Shown here in pieces: positions 1 through 9,670 of a DNA stretch of 64,000 nt. The translations under genes were made by a program, and so were the position numbers. This DNA comes from Candidatus Bathyarchaeota archaeon (GTDB lineage Archaea > Thermoproteota > Bathyarchaeia > Bathyarchaeales > Bathycorpusculaceae): positions 320,001 to 384,000 of the forward strand of contig CAWHVC010000002.1 in NCBI GenBank assembly GCA_963832745.1. Reading direction: 5' to 3'. The notes under the pieces were generated by a model that was not told the origin of the DNA, did not search any database, and saw only the letters and a list, made by a program, of their open reading frames with translations. Positions within the stretch are counted from its first letter, which is position 1; each line of letters opens with the position of its first letter.

Positions 1-642
1 GAGTTGGGGCACGCAACACATGACTGGTACATGGCACGCAGTCAAACACCCCTAAACGCAAGTGCGCCTTCAATTGTAGCAGAAACCGCATCTATCTTTG
101 GCGAGTTGCTCTTGACAGACCTTCTTTTAGCTGAAGCTAAGTCTGATGCAGAACGTAAAGCTGTGCTCTGTCTGGTTTTGGATGAAGTGGGCATGACGGC
201 CTTCCAAGTAACTGCCCGAGTATGGTTTGAACAAGCACTTTACAAATCAATTGAGCAGGACGAATTTTTAGAATACAAAACGATTTGCAATCACTGGACC
301 GCGGCTCGAGACCGCATTTTCGGCGACGCCGTCACTTGGTTCCCCGAGATGGAAGCGGAATGGACTATGAAGCCGCATTATTACATGGCAAACTACCGCT
401 TCTACAATTACCCCTATGTGTACGCGCAAATGTTCGTCTACTCTCTATATGAACGGTATTTGGTAGAGGGTAAAGCGTTTGTTCCAAAACTTAAAGCGGC
501 TCTTTCAGCCGGCAGCAGCGTGTCGCCCTTAGAAATTGGGCAAATCGTAGGCTTAAATCCTAAAGCGTCAGATTTCTGGAAAGGCGGCTTAAAAGTGTTC
601 GAACGTTTCATCGCTGACTTAGAAAAACTGGTCCAGCGGTGA
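1..642 (+). CDS. pepF: Oligoendopeptidase F (peptidase M3B), C-terminal part; truncated at window start
   Basis: Frame opens at base 1 with ELGHATH (end of the HExxH zinc motif); AETASIFGE and HYY...FYNYPY are M3B motifs. Confidence 0.85.
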   Translation, partial: ELGHATHDWYMARSQTPLNASAPSIVAETASIFGELLLTDLLLAEAKSDAERKAVLCLVLDEVGMTAFQVTARVWFEQALYKSIEQDEFLEYKTICNHWTAARDRIFGDAVTWFPEMEAEWTMKPHYYMANYRFYNYPYVYAQMFVYSLYERYLVEGKAFVPKLKAALSAGSSVSPLEIGQIVGLNPKASDFWKGGLKVFERFIADLEKLVQR

Positions 643-647
643 AGCAC

Positions 648-1454
648 TCACAACTTTTTTCCACACCTTACACAATAAACCCCATCCGAACTTATCTCTG
701 CACCACAGTAAGGACAAGATTTTATTTGCCCAGTTGCCTGCATTGAGAAGCCTGTTGATGACGAAACAATCGGCGTCGGCGGTTCAGGCATTTTAAAGAA
801 TGCTTTTGCCAGAATCACCCAAGCAATATACTGTACTACACCTCCTGGGACAAAAACCAAGCTATAAGCGTCAACAGTTGCCGTATTAAATGACGCCCAA
901 AAAACAAAAACTATTCCAGCAACAATTTGCACTATTGCCCCTGTCAAAAACACTTTTGCGGCAGTTTTAAACAGGTTAACCTGCGATTTAGCAGCCAACA
1001 AGTTTAACGCCAGCACATCAAATACGATGTTTATTAAGCCTATGAATCCGAAAACTACTATAAACGGCGACATAAATGCAATCATGGCAGACGTAATTTG
1101 CTCTGTTGCTTGAAGGTTCGGGTACATGCTCATGAAGTTCCCGAAAAAGAACACAAACATGACTGACGTAGCCACAATGGCTGCTACAATGGCTATGATG
1201 ATGCCGTAAAGAACGTAATCGAATATGCGGTGTTCATTGTAAACTTTTGAGATGCCGTACATTGCAATAAAAAAGAGAATGAACCCTACAAGCGCTATTA
1301 CACTTATGACACCGCTTATTGAAGTGATGGCAGCGTTGAATATTGCAGAATTTGGGATGACATAGCGGGTAACCGTTAGTATGGATGATATTACGCCAAG
1401 CACAATTAATACGGCGCCAACACCACCTAACGTCTTGTTGGTTTGAAGGGACAT
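648..1454 (-). CDS. DUF996-like membrane protein with C-terminal zinc ribbon
   Basis: About five hydrophobic helices; N-terminal KTLGGVGAVL; C-terminal CPYCG...CVRCGKKL. Confidence 0.7.
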   Translation of the reverse strand: MSLQTNKTLGGVGAVLIVLGVISSILTVTRYVIPNSAIFNAAITSISGVISVIALVGFILFFIAMYGISKVYNEHRIFDYVLYGIIIAIVAAIVATSVMFVFFFGNFMSMYPNLQATEQITSAMIAFMSPFIVVFGFIGLINIVFDVLALNLLAAKSQVNLFKTAAKVFLTGAIVQIVAGIVFVFWASFNTATVDAYSLVFVPGGVVQYIAWVILAKAFFKMPEPPTPIVSSSTGFSMQATGQIKSCPYCGAEISSDGVYCVRCGKKL

Positions 1455-1522
1455 TTTTACCGTTGTCTATTATTCTTGGTTTAAGAGATAAATTTTTGCA
1501 AAAAAGGGTTGCCTTGCCTTAA

Positions 1523-1984
1523 TCATTGGTCTGAATTTTTCTCTTTTGACGCTTTTTTAGAGCAGCTGTCACATAAACCATAAACTTCAACTCTAACTAA
1601 CTCGACCAAAAATTTAGTGCCAACGATTCCATTTTTTATGTGCATTTTCAAATCTGGAGGCGAGAAATCCTGGATTTTCTGGCATTTTGTGCAAATCAAG
1701 TTCACGTGGGGCGTAGGGTTTGGGTCAAATCTTGTTTCGCCTTGAGGCATGTTTAGTTCTTGGATTAACTGGTTTTCTTTTAGTATGTGCAAGGTTTTGT
1801 AGACTGTTGACAGACTTACTGTTGGGTAGGTTTTTTTGACTTCTGTGTAAATTTTTTCTACGTTCGGGTGTTCTTTGTTGTTTAAGGCTATTTTGCAGAC
1901 TGCTATTCTTTGTGGGGTGGCTTTGTAGCCTTTGCTTCGGAGTGCTTGAATAATTATGGTGTCTTTTTTGTTGCCTTTCAGCAT
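1523..1984 (-). CDS. Fur/PerR-family transcriptional repressor
   Basis: KATPQR, HPNVE, SLSTVYKTL, HVNLICTKC and CDSC motifs; divergent from peroxiredoxin. Confidence 0.9.
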   Translation of the reverse strand: MLKGNKKDTIIIQALRSKGYKATPQRIAVCKIALNNKEHPNVEKIYTEVKKTYPTVSLSTVYKTLHILKENQLIQELNMPQGETRFDPNPTPHVNLICTKCQKIQDFSPPDLKMHIKNGIVGTKFLVELVRVEVYGLCDSCSKKASKEKNSDQ

Positions 1985-1996
1985 AGCAGTATTAGG

Positions 1997-2011
1997 TAAT
2001 AATAATTCTTA
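1997..2011. promoter_or_regulatory. Per/Fur-box-like operator between the Fur/PerR gene and peroxiredoxin
   Basis: TAATAATAATTCTTA matches 11 of 14 defined positions of the Bacillus Per box TTATAATnATTATAA; AT-rich context weakens the match. Confidence 0.4.
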
Positions 2012-2061
2012 AATAAGGTTCTGATTTACCTTTAACTGTAAATTTTTGATAGGTGAAATAA

Positions 2062-2721
2062 ATGGCAGAAATAAAAACGCAAGAGACAACAACTTTTCCA
2101 GTACTGGGACAAAAAGCTCCAGATTTTGAGGCATTAACAACCCAAGGTACCCTACGGCTTTCTGATTACAAAGGTACATGGCTTATTCTGTTCTCGCACC
2201 CAGCCGACTTCACGCCAGTGTGCACAACGGAATTCATGGCTTTTTCAGAGATATATGAAGACCTCAAAAAAAGAAACACAGAACTTTTAGGCTTAAGCGT
2301 TGACAGCGTCTCCTCACACATTGCCTGGATAAGAAACATAGAAGAAAAAATGGGCGTAAAAATCCCTTTCCCAATCATAGCAGACCTAAACAAAGAAGTA
2401 GCCAAAAAATTTGGCATGCTCCACCCAGAACAAAGCAAAACTGAAACCGTCCGCTGTGTCTTTATAATTGACCCCGAAAGCAAAATTCGTACAATGCTCT
2501 ACTACCCAATGTCAACTGGTCGAAACATGCAAGAAATCCTTCGCTTAGTTGATGCGTTGCAAACAACCGATAAATACAAAGTAGCGACGCCAGCCAACTG
2601 GAAACCAGGCGAACCCGTAGTAGTTCCACCACCCGTAACCATTGAACAAGTAGATGAACGCCTCAAAGAAGGCTACGAATGCAAAGACTGGTACCTCTGC
2701 AAGAAAAAACTGCCGAGTTGA
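2062..2721 (+). CDS. Peroxiredoxin (archaeal Prx6 type)
   Basis: [14 protein letters not shown] peroxidatic motif; TPANWKPG; C-terminal CKDWYLC. Confidence 0.95.
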   Translation: MAEIKTQETTTFPVLGQKAPDFEALTTQGTLRLSDYKGTWLILFSHPADFTPVCTTEFMAFSEIYEDLKKRNTELLGLSVDSVSSHIAWIRNIEEKMGVKIPFPIIADLNKEVAKKFGMLHPEQSKTETVRCVFIIDPESKIRTMLYYPMSTGRNMQEILRLVDALQTTDKYKVATPANWKPGEPVVVPPPVTIEQVDERLKEGYECKDWYLCKKKLPS

Positions 2722-2727
2722 GTTGTC

Positions 2728-2946
2728 ATGCCGTGTGTTTCTCCAGACGGAAAACCAACAGCAACCGGACTTAACACACTAAAAGCGCTAAAAGACGGCA
2801 GCCTGTCTCCTGAAGTAGTTTCAGGCAAGATAGGCCAACCCCTTTTTCGTGTTAGAAGTGGTCTTAGAGACCTCAAAAACGCTGGCTTTGTAGAAGAAGA
2901 CGGCGAAAAATTTTCCCTTACAGAAAAAGGCAAAGCAATAACATAG
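2728..2946 (+). CDS. Small winged-helix protein, probably co-transcribed with peroxiredoxin
   Basis: 72 aa; MPCVSPDG start; wing motif FSLTEKG; starts 6 bp after the prx stop. Confidence 0.7.
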   Translation: MPCVSPDGKPTATGLNTLKALKDGSLSPEVVSGKIGQPLFRVRSGLRDLKNAGFVEEDGEKFSLTEKGKAIT

Positions 2947-3052
2947 TAAAATGGAACGACTTGGGTTTGCATCAAAATGCAACACAAGGCTTGTTTAAGC
3001 TTAAAACAAAAACTTGGTGCTGTCTCGTTTTTCTTTTTTTGTTAGCTCTCTT

Positions 3053-4063
3053 TTAGATATTGCTGCCTATTCTCAGTTTATCCACTTCAGAGCGGTTAGG
3101 AATCTCAACCACTATTGACTTATCCAGTGCGTCTCTGCCATAGTTAACTTTAACTTTATCCAGTTTAGCATCCGAATAAAACGCCGTTAACTGAGCAGCT
3201 GTCTGAATAGCCTTCTTAGTCTTAGCACCCTGCAGAATAGTTATTGGCCCAACAATATCCGGTAACTCAAAATAGTACTCGCCTTTTGTTTTTCGAGATA
3301 CCAGAAACTTGTTTTCTGCCTCTTTACGTCCAACAATGAATTTGTTTTCGCCAAGTCGGAAATGTCTACCAAATCGTAACAGCACAGCGTCAGCGCCTGA
3401 AACGTTTTTCTTGTGCTCAAATAGGTCACGCAGTTTCTTGGAGTATTCCTCACAAGTTAACAGGCAACCACCAGCTGGGGAACAGTACGTTGTGATGCCA
3501 AATTCTTTGGCAAGTTGAAGTTGAGGTTTGCGTGAACGACCTGAAATTGCTAAAAGTTTGTTACGGTCAACTAAGCCCTTGCGTTCAGCTACTGTTTCAG
3601 GTAGTAGCTTAGCGGACAAGGGACGTAATAGTTTGCCTTTTAAGCCAGCTTCTTCCTCGATGGTTCTAAGAGCTGGACCATGCTGGGACATTGGTCTTTC
3701 GCCGAGCACTTCGCCAGTGAAAAGAAAGTCTGCGCCGATTTCTTTGGCGTATTTGACTGCTTGTTTTAGGATGAAAATTTTGCAGTCCACACAGGGGTTG
3801 ATGTTTTTGCCGTAGCCATGCTTGGGGCTTCTGAGCATACGGATGTAGTCTTTATCGACGGTGACCACTTTTAAGGGTATTTTTAGTTGTTTTATGGCTG
3901 CCTCTGCTTCACTTACGCCATCCTTTTTAGGAATGCCAAACGGTGTTTTCACGTTAAACGCGCTGACTTCTATGCCTTGATTTAGAATAATTTTTGTTGC
4001 AAGAATGCTGTCTAAGCCGCCCGAAAATAGTGAGATGGCTTTAACGTGAGTCATTTGTAGCAT
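3053..4063 (-). CDS. PP-loop tRNA thiouridylase-like protein (ThiI/MnmA-like) with C-terminal DUF814/NFACT-R-like region
   Basis: SGGLDS PP-loop; NPCVDC; TGEVLGERPMSQ; PAGGCLLT. Alternative start at 4054. Confidence 0.75.
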   Translation of the reverse strand: MLQMTHVKAISLFSGGLDSILATKIILNQGIEVSAFNVKTPFGIPKKDGVSEAEAAIKQLKIPLKVVTVDKDYIRMLRSPKHGYGKNINPCVDCKIFILKQAVKYAKEIGADFLFTGEVLGERPMSQHGPALRTIEEEAGLKGKLLRPLSAKLLPETVAERKGLVDRNKLLAISGRSRKPQLQLAKEFGITTYCSPAGGCLLTCEEYSKKLRDLFEHKKNVSGADAVLLRFGRHFRLGENKFIVGRKEAENKFLVSRKTKGEYYFELPDIVGPITILQGAKTKKAIQTAAQLTAFYSDAKLDKVKVNYGRDALDKSIVVEIPNRSEVDKLRIGSNI

Positions 4064-4279
4064 AGATTTCTTAGAGGAAGATAATAATGTACCGCTGAAA
4101 ACATAAACATCGTTACGACTGTAAACCGAATCTGCAAATCACGTTTGTTGACTTTTTTAACGTTTGCTTGTAATTACAGTAAAGGAGAGTTTGATATTTT
4201 TGTAAAACGGTATTTAGCCACAAAACATAAAAACAATTAAGTTCTATCGAAAACAAAAAGTGTTTAAGGACATGATCTC

Positions 4280-5623
4280 TTGGTTGTTGAATCGGAAAAA
4301 ATCCTTAGTTACCAGTTTTACTTGGCAAAAAAACTGAATAAATGTGTCACTTCTGTCGAATGGCGGGATTATAAGTGGCAACTTGATAATTCAATAAAAA
4401 GTATTGAATCTTTTGAAAATTTTACAGGAATAGTATTTATAGAAAATGAAAGAAAAGAACTTCAAAAAACAATCGATAAATTTCCGTTAAGCATCACACC
4501 GTATTACGCTTCTTTAATTGAAAAAGAAAACTACCAAAATGATCCAATATTCAAACAGGCTTTTCCCAGCCCAGCTGAATTAAAAATTTCCCAGTTCGAC
4601 ATGAAAGACCCATTGCATGAGGATAAGGATAGCCCAACTAAAGGCTTAACTCACCGCTATCCTGACAGAGTACTATTTTTGGTCAGCAACCGGTGTGCAA
4701 TGTACTGTAGGCATTGTACAAGAAAAAGAAAAGTCGGCGATCCAGACCATATACCTTCCAAAGAACAGATTCTTGCCGGAATCAATTACATCAAAGGTAA
4801 TAATAAAATTCGAGATGTCCTGCTTTCCGGCGGAGACCCCTTGCTGCTTCCCGATGATTACTTAGATTGGATTTTAACTGAACTAAACAGTATTCCTCAC
4901 GTAGAGGTTGTACGTATTGGCACTAGAACGCCTGTTGTTCTTCCTTACCGAATAACTTCTGAATTAGTTGAAATACTGAAAAAACATCACCCATTATGGA
5001 TAAACACGCATTTTAACCATCCAAGAGAACTTACGCCCTCTGCACGGGCTGCTCTAAGAAAACTTGCTGACGCCGGTATACCATTAGGAAACCAGTCCGT
5101 GCTACTTGCAGGCGTTAATGATTGCCCTCAAATAATGAAAAAGCTTAACCAGAAACTGGTCCAAAACAGGGTACGACCGTATTACCTGTTTCAATGTGAC
5201 CTTTCTGAAGGATTGACTCATTTCCGGACATCTATCGGGAAAGGCATTGAAATCATGGAAAGCCTTGTGGGTCACACCAGCGGGTTTGCAGTGCCTACAT
5301 ATGTTATTGATGCGCCTGGTGGGGGTGGTAAGATTCCTGTTATGCCCAACTACATTATTTCATGGTCTACAAACAAGGTGATTCTAAGAAATTATGAAGG
5401 CGTTATTACAAAATACAAGGAGCCAGACGATTACAAGTCGGTACAATGTAACAGGGACTGCGAAAAATGTACTTTGCAATTGCAATTGTTAGAGGACGAA
5501 AAAACTTTGGTGGGCATTGAGAAGCTGCTTACTGACGATAACAAAGTAGTATCGCTTATACCTGATGGAAACATGCGTTTAGAGCGGCGAAATGAAACTG
5601 AAAATAGTGGTTCAAATGCTTAA
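4280..5623 (+). CDS. ablA: Lysine 2,3-aminomutase (KamA/AblA, radical SAM)
   Basis: CAMYCRHC radical SAM motif; LLSGGDP; [11 protein letters not shown] lysine; RNYEG; C-terminal CNRDCEKC. Confidence 0.9.
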   Translation: MVVESEKILSYQFYLAKKLNKCVTSVEWRDYKWQLDNSIKSIESFENFTGIVFIENERKELQKTIDKFPLSITPYYASLIEKENYQNDPIFKQAFPSPAELKISQFDMKDPLHEDKDSPTKGLTHRYPDRVLFLVSNRCAMYCRHCTRKRKVGDPDHIPSKEQILAGINYIKGNNKIRDVLLSGGDPLLLPDDYLDWILTELNSIPHVEVVRIGTRTPVVLPYRITSELVEILKKHHPLWINTHFNHPRELTPSARAALRKLADAGIPLGNQSVLLAGVNDCPQIMKKLNQKLVQNRVRPYYLFQCDLSEGLTHFRTSIGKGIEIMESLVGHTSGFAVPTYVIDAPGGGGKIPVMPNYIISWSTNKVILRNYEGVITKYKEPDDYKSVQCNRDCEKCTLQLQLLEDEKTLVGIEKLLTDDNKVVSLIPDGNMRLERRNETENSGSNA

Positions 5624-6125
5624 AGCCGCTTCAAAAAAACAGTTTAACCTGAGAAACCTGTCTGAAAAGGATGTGCCTGAAGTTTACAGGTTACTGGTTG
5701 CCAACAGGCCATATGTCGGTTTAAATTCACGTTACACATATTTTCTTTTAGCCAAAGATTTCTCAGAAACCTGTTTTGTTGCTGAGCACGAAAACAAAGT
5801 TGTAGCTTTTTCTTCTGGATATGTTCCCCCTCAAAGGAAGGACACTTTTTTTAACTGGGAAATAGTTGTCCAAAAAGAATACCGTGGTAACGGTCTTCAA
5901 AAACTTTTGTTGCTTCACCAAATAAAAATGGCTGATGCAAAATATTTTGAAGGCACGATTAACCCGTCAAATGACGTTTCCCGAAAGAATTACATTCAAC
6001 TTTCAGAATTGCTTAACGCAAAATATGAAGAGAAAATTTTTCTTACTGTTGAGGACTTTGAAAATGATGGTCATGAAACTGAAATTCTTTTCAGAATCGG
6101 TCCAATGGAAAAAAATTTTCATTAA
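5592..6125 (+). CDS. GNAT acetyltransferase, EctA (diaminobutyrate acetyltransferase)-like
   Basis: [49 protein letters not shown] resemble EctA; overlaps the ablA end. Alternative ATG at 5616. Confidence 0.75.
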   Translation: MKLKIVVQMLKAASKKQFNLRNLSEKDVPEVYRLLVANRPYVGLNSRYTYFLLAKDFSETCFVAEHENKVVAFSSGYVPPQRKDTFFNWEIVVQKEYRGNGLQKLLLLHQIKMADAKYFEGTINPSNDVSRKNYIQLSELLNAKYEEKIFLTVEDFENDGHETEILFRIGPMEKNFH

Positions 6126-6287
6126 ATCGGTTGTTAAAACAATTGATGTTTTGTCTCCAAGCCTGATAAGTCATTTGTCAAATGTTAAGCGATTCTCTGT
6201 CTTCTAAGCTTTTTCTAGAATAATTAATAAGCTTAAATGATAATACTGGCTGACAAAATACCGAGCATTTAGAGAGGAGGGTTTGGG

Positions 6288-7397
6288 TTGCCTGACATAA
6301 GTATCTTCATTCCGGTTTACAAGGAGTCAAGCGAATTAGGCAGCACCTTGAACAGCCTGCTTGCGCAAGATGTTGAAAAAGAAATTTTTGTAACCGTTGA
6401 CGAAGCAACCCCCCAGTTCATTGAAGAATCCAAACAGTATGACAGCAAAGTTACGTTCATCTTTAACAAAGAACGCACTGGAAAAGCAAACGCTTTAAAC
6501 GAAACCGTGAAATACTCAACGGGCAATGCCCTGCTTTTTCTAGATTCAGATGTTATGATTTCTGAAGATTCTGATTTTCTGAAAAAAATCATAATGGATC
6601 TGCAACATTCCGATGTTTTGGACATTAAAAAATGTGTAGTTAAGGGCAAATCTTTCCTCTCTAAAATGGCGTATTATGAATACTTCACTTTTAACGTGAG
6701 TTCATGGATTGCCGACCACTTAATGCATAAATGTCCTGCTGTGAACGGCGCCGCTTTTGCGATTAAACGTGGGGTCTTTGAAAAAATTGGTGGTTTCCAT
6801 AAAGTTGTCGCTGAAGACATCGACATAGCAACTCGAGCGTTTTTGGCTAACAGCAGTTTTTCTTACACGTCTGATGTTGAAGTAAAAAACGTTGTACACT
6901 CTGACTGGAAAAAATGGTTTAATCAACGCCGAAGATGGGCAATTGGTCAAGCGTTATGGCTTAAAACTTGGTGTGTGGCGTTAACTAAAAAATTTGCCAA
7001 GAAACCCCAAGTTTTCCTGCCCGGCTTATTCTTCTTGTACCCGTCAATAACCGTTTTCTTGTTAAGCGCTCTCCTGCCCAGCCTTTGGATGTATAACTCA
7101 ATGCTTGTCTTCTCAGTGTTCCTATCCGTAAGATTCAACATTATTTTGCCCGTCTTTTTGGTTTCTTTGGCGATGGCAGATGTACTTAAAATAGTTGCTA
7201 TTTCGCTGGCTAGCTTTGGAATCACTGCTGCCGTGTTTTACGGTTTTTCAAGAAAACTCGGATTTAGAGAGCTTAAAGTGCACGAGTTTTTCGCTTACTA
7301 CTTCTTTTACTCAACTATATGGATGCTAATCATCGTGATTGGGCATATTCAGGTGCTCTTGTTGGGTAAGAAAGCTGGGCCCGACTGGAAAACTTAA
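6288..7397 (+). CDS. Glycosyltransferase family 2 with C-terminal transmembrane helices
   Basis: FIPVYKE, GKANALN, LDSD (DxD), AED and QRRRW motifs. Confidence 0.9.
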   Translation: MPDISIFIPVYKESSELGSTLNSLLAQDVEKEIFVTVDEATPQFIEESKQYDSKVTFIFNKERTGKANALNETVKYSTGNALLFLDSDVMISEDSDFLKKIIMDLQHSDVLDIKKCVVKGKSFLSKMAYYEYFTFNVSSWIADHLMHKCPAVNGAAFAIKRGVFEKIGGFHKVVAEDIDIATRAFLANSSFSYTSDVEVKNVVHSDWKKWFNQRRRWAIGQALWLKTWCVALTKKFAKKPQVFLPGLFFLYPSITVFLLSALLPSLWMYNSMLVFSVFLSVRFNIILPVFLVSLAMADVLKIVAISLASFGITAAVFYGFSRKLGFRELKVHEFFAYYFFYSTIWMLIIVIGHIQVLLLGKKAGPDWKT

Positions 7398-7462
7398 CCT
7401 TAATCTTTCTATTTATTATAGTAAGCCTTAAAACATGAAAGTCTATGTTTATCTTCGAAAGT

Positions 7463-7537
7463 GGGTTGTTAGCTCAGCACGGATAGAGCGCCAGCCTTCT
7501 AAGCTGGAAGTCGAGGGTTCAAATCCCTCACGACCCG
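7463..7537 (+). tRNA. tRNA-Arg(TCT); no intron; CCA not encoded
   Basis: Acceptor stem GGGTTGT/ACGACCC with discriminator G; anticodon arm CCAGC-CTTCTAA-GCTGG; T arm GAGGG-TTCAAAT-CCCTC. Confidence 0.95.
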
Positions 7538-7542
7538 TATAT

Positions 7543-8310
7543 TCACAAATTTACGCCATCAAAATTCTTCAATGCCTGTGTTACCGCTTCTTTTGCCGTT
7601 TTAGCTATTAGTTCACCCATTTTAGTGTGCCCGCCCGTGTAACGTATAGTGTTTTGCTGGTCGGTGCCTGAAACGATAATCATGGTGTCTGTTCCAGTGC
7701 CGGTTGCTTGAAACTGCGGCGACAGCGTGCTCATATAGTCTAAGTCTTGAAGTGCGGCAGTTTTGGCTTCGGTGGCAGTCATTATTGAGCGTGCCATTGC
7801 ACCAGTGGTTAAGGTTGCGTTTGTGAGAAGAAGAATGTTGATTGTGCCTGTTGATAATTCAAAACTTGACTTTGTTTCCACCCAGTTGCCCGAGTCTACG
7901 CCCATACGTAAAGCATTGTTTTTGGCGCCGCCGGTGGCTATGCAGCAAACTTTTAGGTTTTTGTAGGCTTTTTCGCTTAAGGCAAGTTTGCCCATGTCTA
8001 CGCCGGTGCTCATAAAAGTGATTTGGCTTGGTTTGATTCCCAAGGCTAAGGGCAATTGTTTCTCGTATCGCTTGTAGTCTTTGATTGTCATTACAATTTT
8101 TTCCATTTTTGTAGGAATGTAACTGTTGGCCACATAATTGACTTTTTTTAATCCATCCACTGTTGAGAGAACGCTTCTTTTTTCAGTAAAAGCTACAATA
8201 AGGGTGTTGGTTTCTATGTTTTCGTAGGTGTGGTATACAACTTTTGCTTCTATGTTGGGTAACTCAAGCGGTATCTTTTTTTCTTTAAATTTGGTTATGG
8301 CGTCTTTCAT
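7543..8310 (-). CDS. cbiZ: Adenosylcobinamide amidohydrolase
   Basis: ATGG..NNALR.G, GTINILL, TATEAKTAAL and ATGTGTD motifs; divergent from the btu genes. Confidence 0.85.
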   Translation of the reverse strand: MKDAITKFKEKKIPLELPNIEAKVVYHTYENIETNTLIVAFTEKRSVLSTVDGLKKVNYVANSYIPTKMEKIVMTIKDYKRYEKQLPLALGIKPSQITFMSTGVDMGKLALSEKAYKNLKVCCIATGGAKNNALRMGVDSGNWVETKSSFELSTGTINILLLTNATLTTGAMARSIMTATEAKTAALQDLDYMSTLSPQFQATGTGTDTMIIVSGTDQQNTIRYTGGHTKMGELIAKTAKEAVTQALKNFDGVNL

Positions 8311-8384
8311 TTGTTTGTCTGCCCTTTGGGTTGTTAATACTTATTTGGAGCATCCTATTGAAGTCTTGCTTGAGGCTTAGTTTG

Positions 8385-8610
8385 TAGGTTTTAACCTATG
8401 GAACTAAATTTTAGTCAACTCAAGTTGAATATTTTTAGTTGAATTGGTGTTTGGATAAAAGTTTAAATATTTATAAGGCTGCAAAAAACTTGAAAGTAAT
8501 CTCTCACAGAAACCTTCGTCGCGTTAAGCGTTTGATACGGTGCTAGTGCTTTGTGCATGTTGCTAGAACATGAATTCAATCTGTAGTTAACTCAGGTTAA
8601 TCAAAGTTAA
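8385..8610. promoter_or_regulatory. Divergent cbiZ/btuF control region with related palindromes
   Basis: TAGGTT-TT-AACCTA (8385-8398), TCAACT-CA-AGTTGA (8415-8428), TTAACTCAGGTTAA (8587-8600); GTTAA at 8586, 8596 and 8606; TATA-like TTTAAATATTTATAA near 8462-8476. Confidence 0.45.
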
Positions 8611-8673
8611 TAAGTGTGATTAGCGAAAACAACGAAGAAACGAGCAGAAAAAATACGGGAGAGCATCAAGAAA

Positions 8674-9648
8674 ATGGAAAAAACTAAAATCGCAATTGTA
8701 ATCGCTTTAATTGCAATCATTACTGTATCCGCAGTTATTGTTGTATATTCAACCCAGAATCCATCTCAACAATCACAAGGTGCCATAACAATTACCGACA
8801 GCGAAGGCTACCAAACAACAATAGACAAAGTTCCAACCAGAATCATCTCTATTGCGCCAAGCATAACTCCAATCCTTTACGAGATAGGTGTAGGCGACAA
8901 AGTAGTAGGATTAACAAGTTACGATGATTCACCATACAATTTCACTGCATGGTTTGAAGCAGGCAACATGACCAGCGTAGGTGGATTCTCAACACCCAAC
9001 ATGGAAGCAATAATCAATTTACAGCCAGACATCATTTTCACAACAGACATTAACGACGCAATGCTTCCAAACATGAGAGACCTTGGATTAAAAGTAGTAG
9101 TAGTAGGTCCAAAAAGTATTGATGGTATCTATCAAACTATTCAGCTTTTAGGAAAAGCAACTGGTGCAGAAGATAACGCTAATGCATTAGTGAACAGTTT
9201 AACTGATAAAGTCAACAATGTGGTAGCTACGATAAATGCAGCTAACATTACAGATAAGCCAACTGTTTACTATGAGGTTTGGAGTTCAAATGCAGGTTAT
9301 ATGACTATCGGCTCAAGTACATGGATGAATGACGTTATAGACAAAGCCGGCGGAGTTAACTTATTTGGCAATGTATCCGAAGAGTACCCCACAACAAGTT
9401 TAGAAGTCCTTGTAACAGATAATCCTGACGTTATTTTGCTCCCGACAGACATGGGCGGAGCACCATCATATGGAAGCGTTGAACAAGTACAAGCAAGAAC
9501 AGGCTTTAACACCATTAACGCAGTGATTAACAACCGTATATACGTACTTGACGCAGACTTGCTGAATGAACCTGGAATAAGAATTGCAGATCAAGTTCAA
9601 GCAATCGCTGCCTGTTTGTATCCAAACCTTTTCCCTTCCTCTTCCTAA
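8674..9648 (+). CDS. btuF: Cobalamin/Fe-complex ABC transporter substrate-binding protein
   Basis: N-terminal anchor; RIISIAPS, GVGDKVVG, PNMEAIINLQPD, AVINNRIY; next to cbiZ. Confidence 0.8.
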   Translation: MEKTKIAIVIALIAIITVSAVIVVYSTQNPSQQSQGAITITDSEGYQTTIDKVPTRIISIAPSITPILYEIGVGDKVVGLTSYDDSPYNFTAWFEAGNMTSVGGFSTPNMEAIINLQPDIIFTTDINDAMLPNMRDLGLKVVVVGPKSIDGIYQTIQLLGKATGAEDNANALVNSLTDKVNNVVATINAANITDKPTVYYEVWSSNAGYMTIGSSTWMNDVIDKAGGVNLFGNVSEEYPTTSLEVLVTDNPDVILLPTDMGGAPSYGSVEQVQARTGFNTINAVINNRIYVLDADLLNEPGIRIADQVQAIAACLYPNLFPSSS

Positions 9649-9670
9649 TTTTTTTATTGAGTGACATCTA

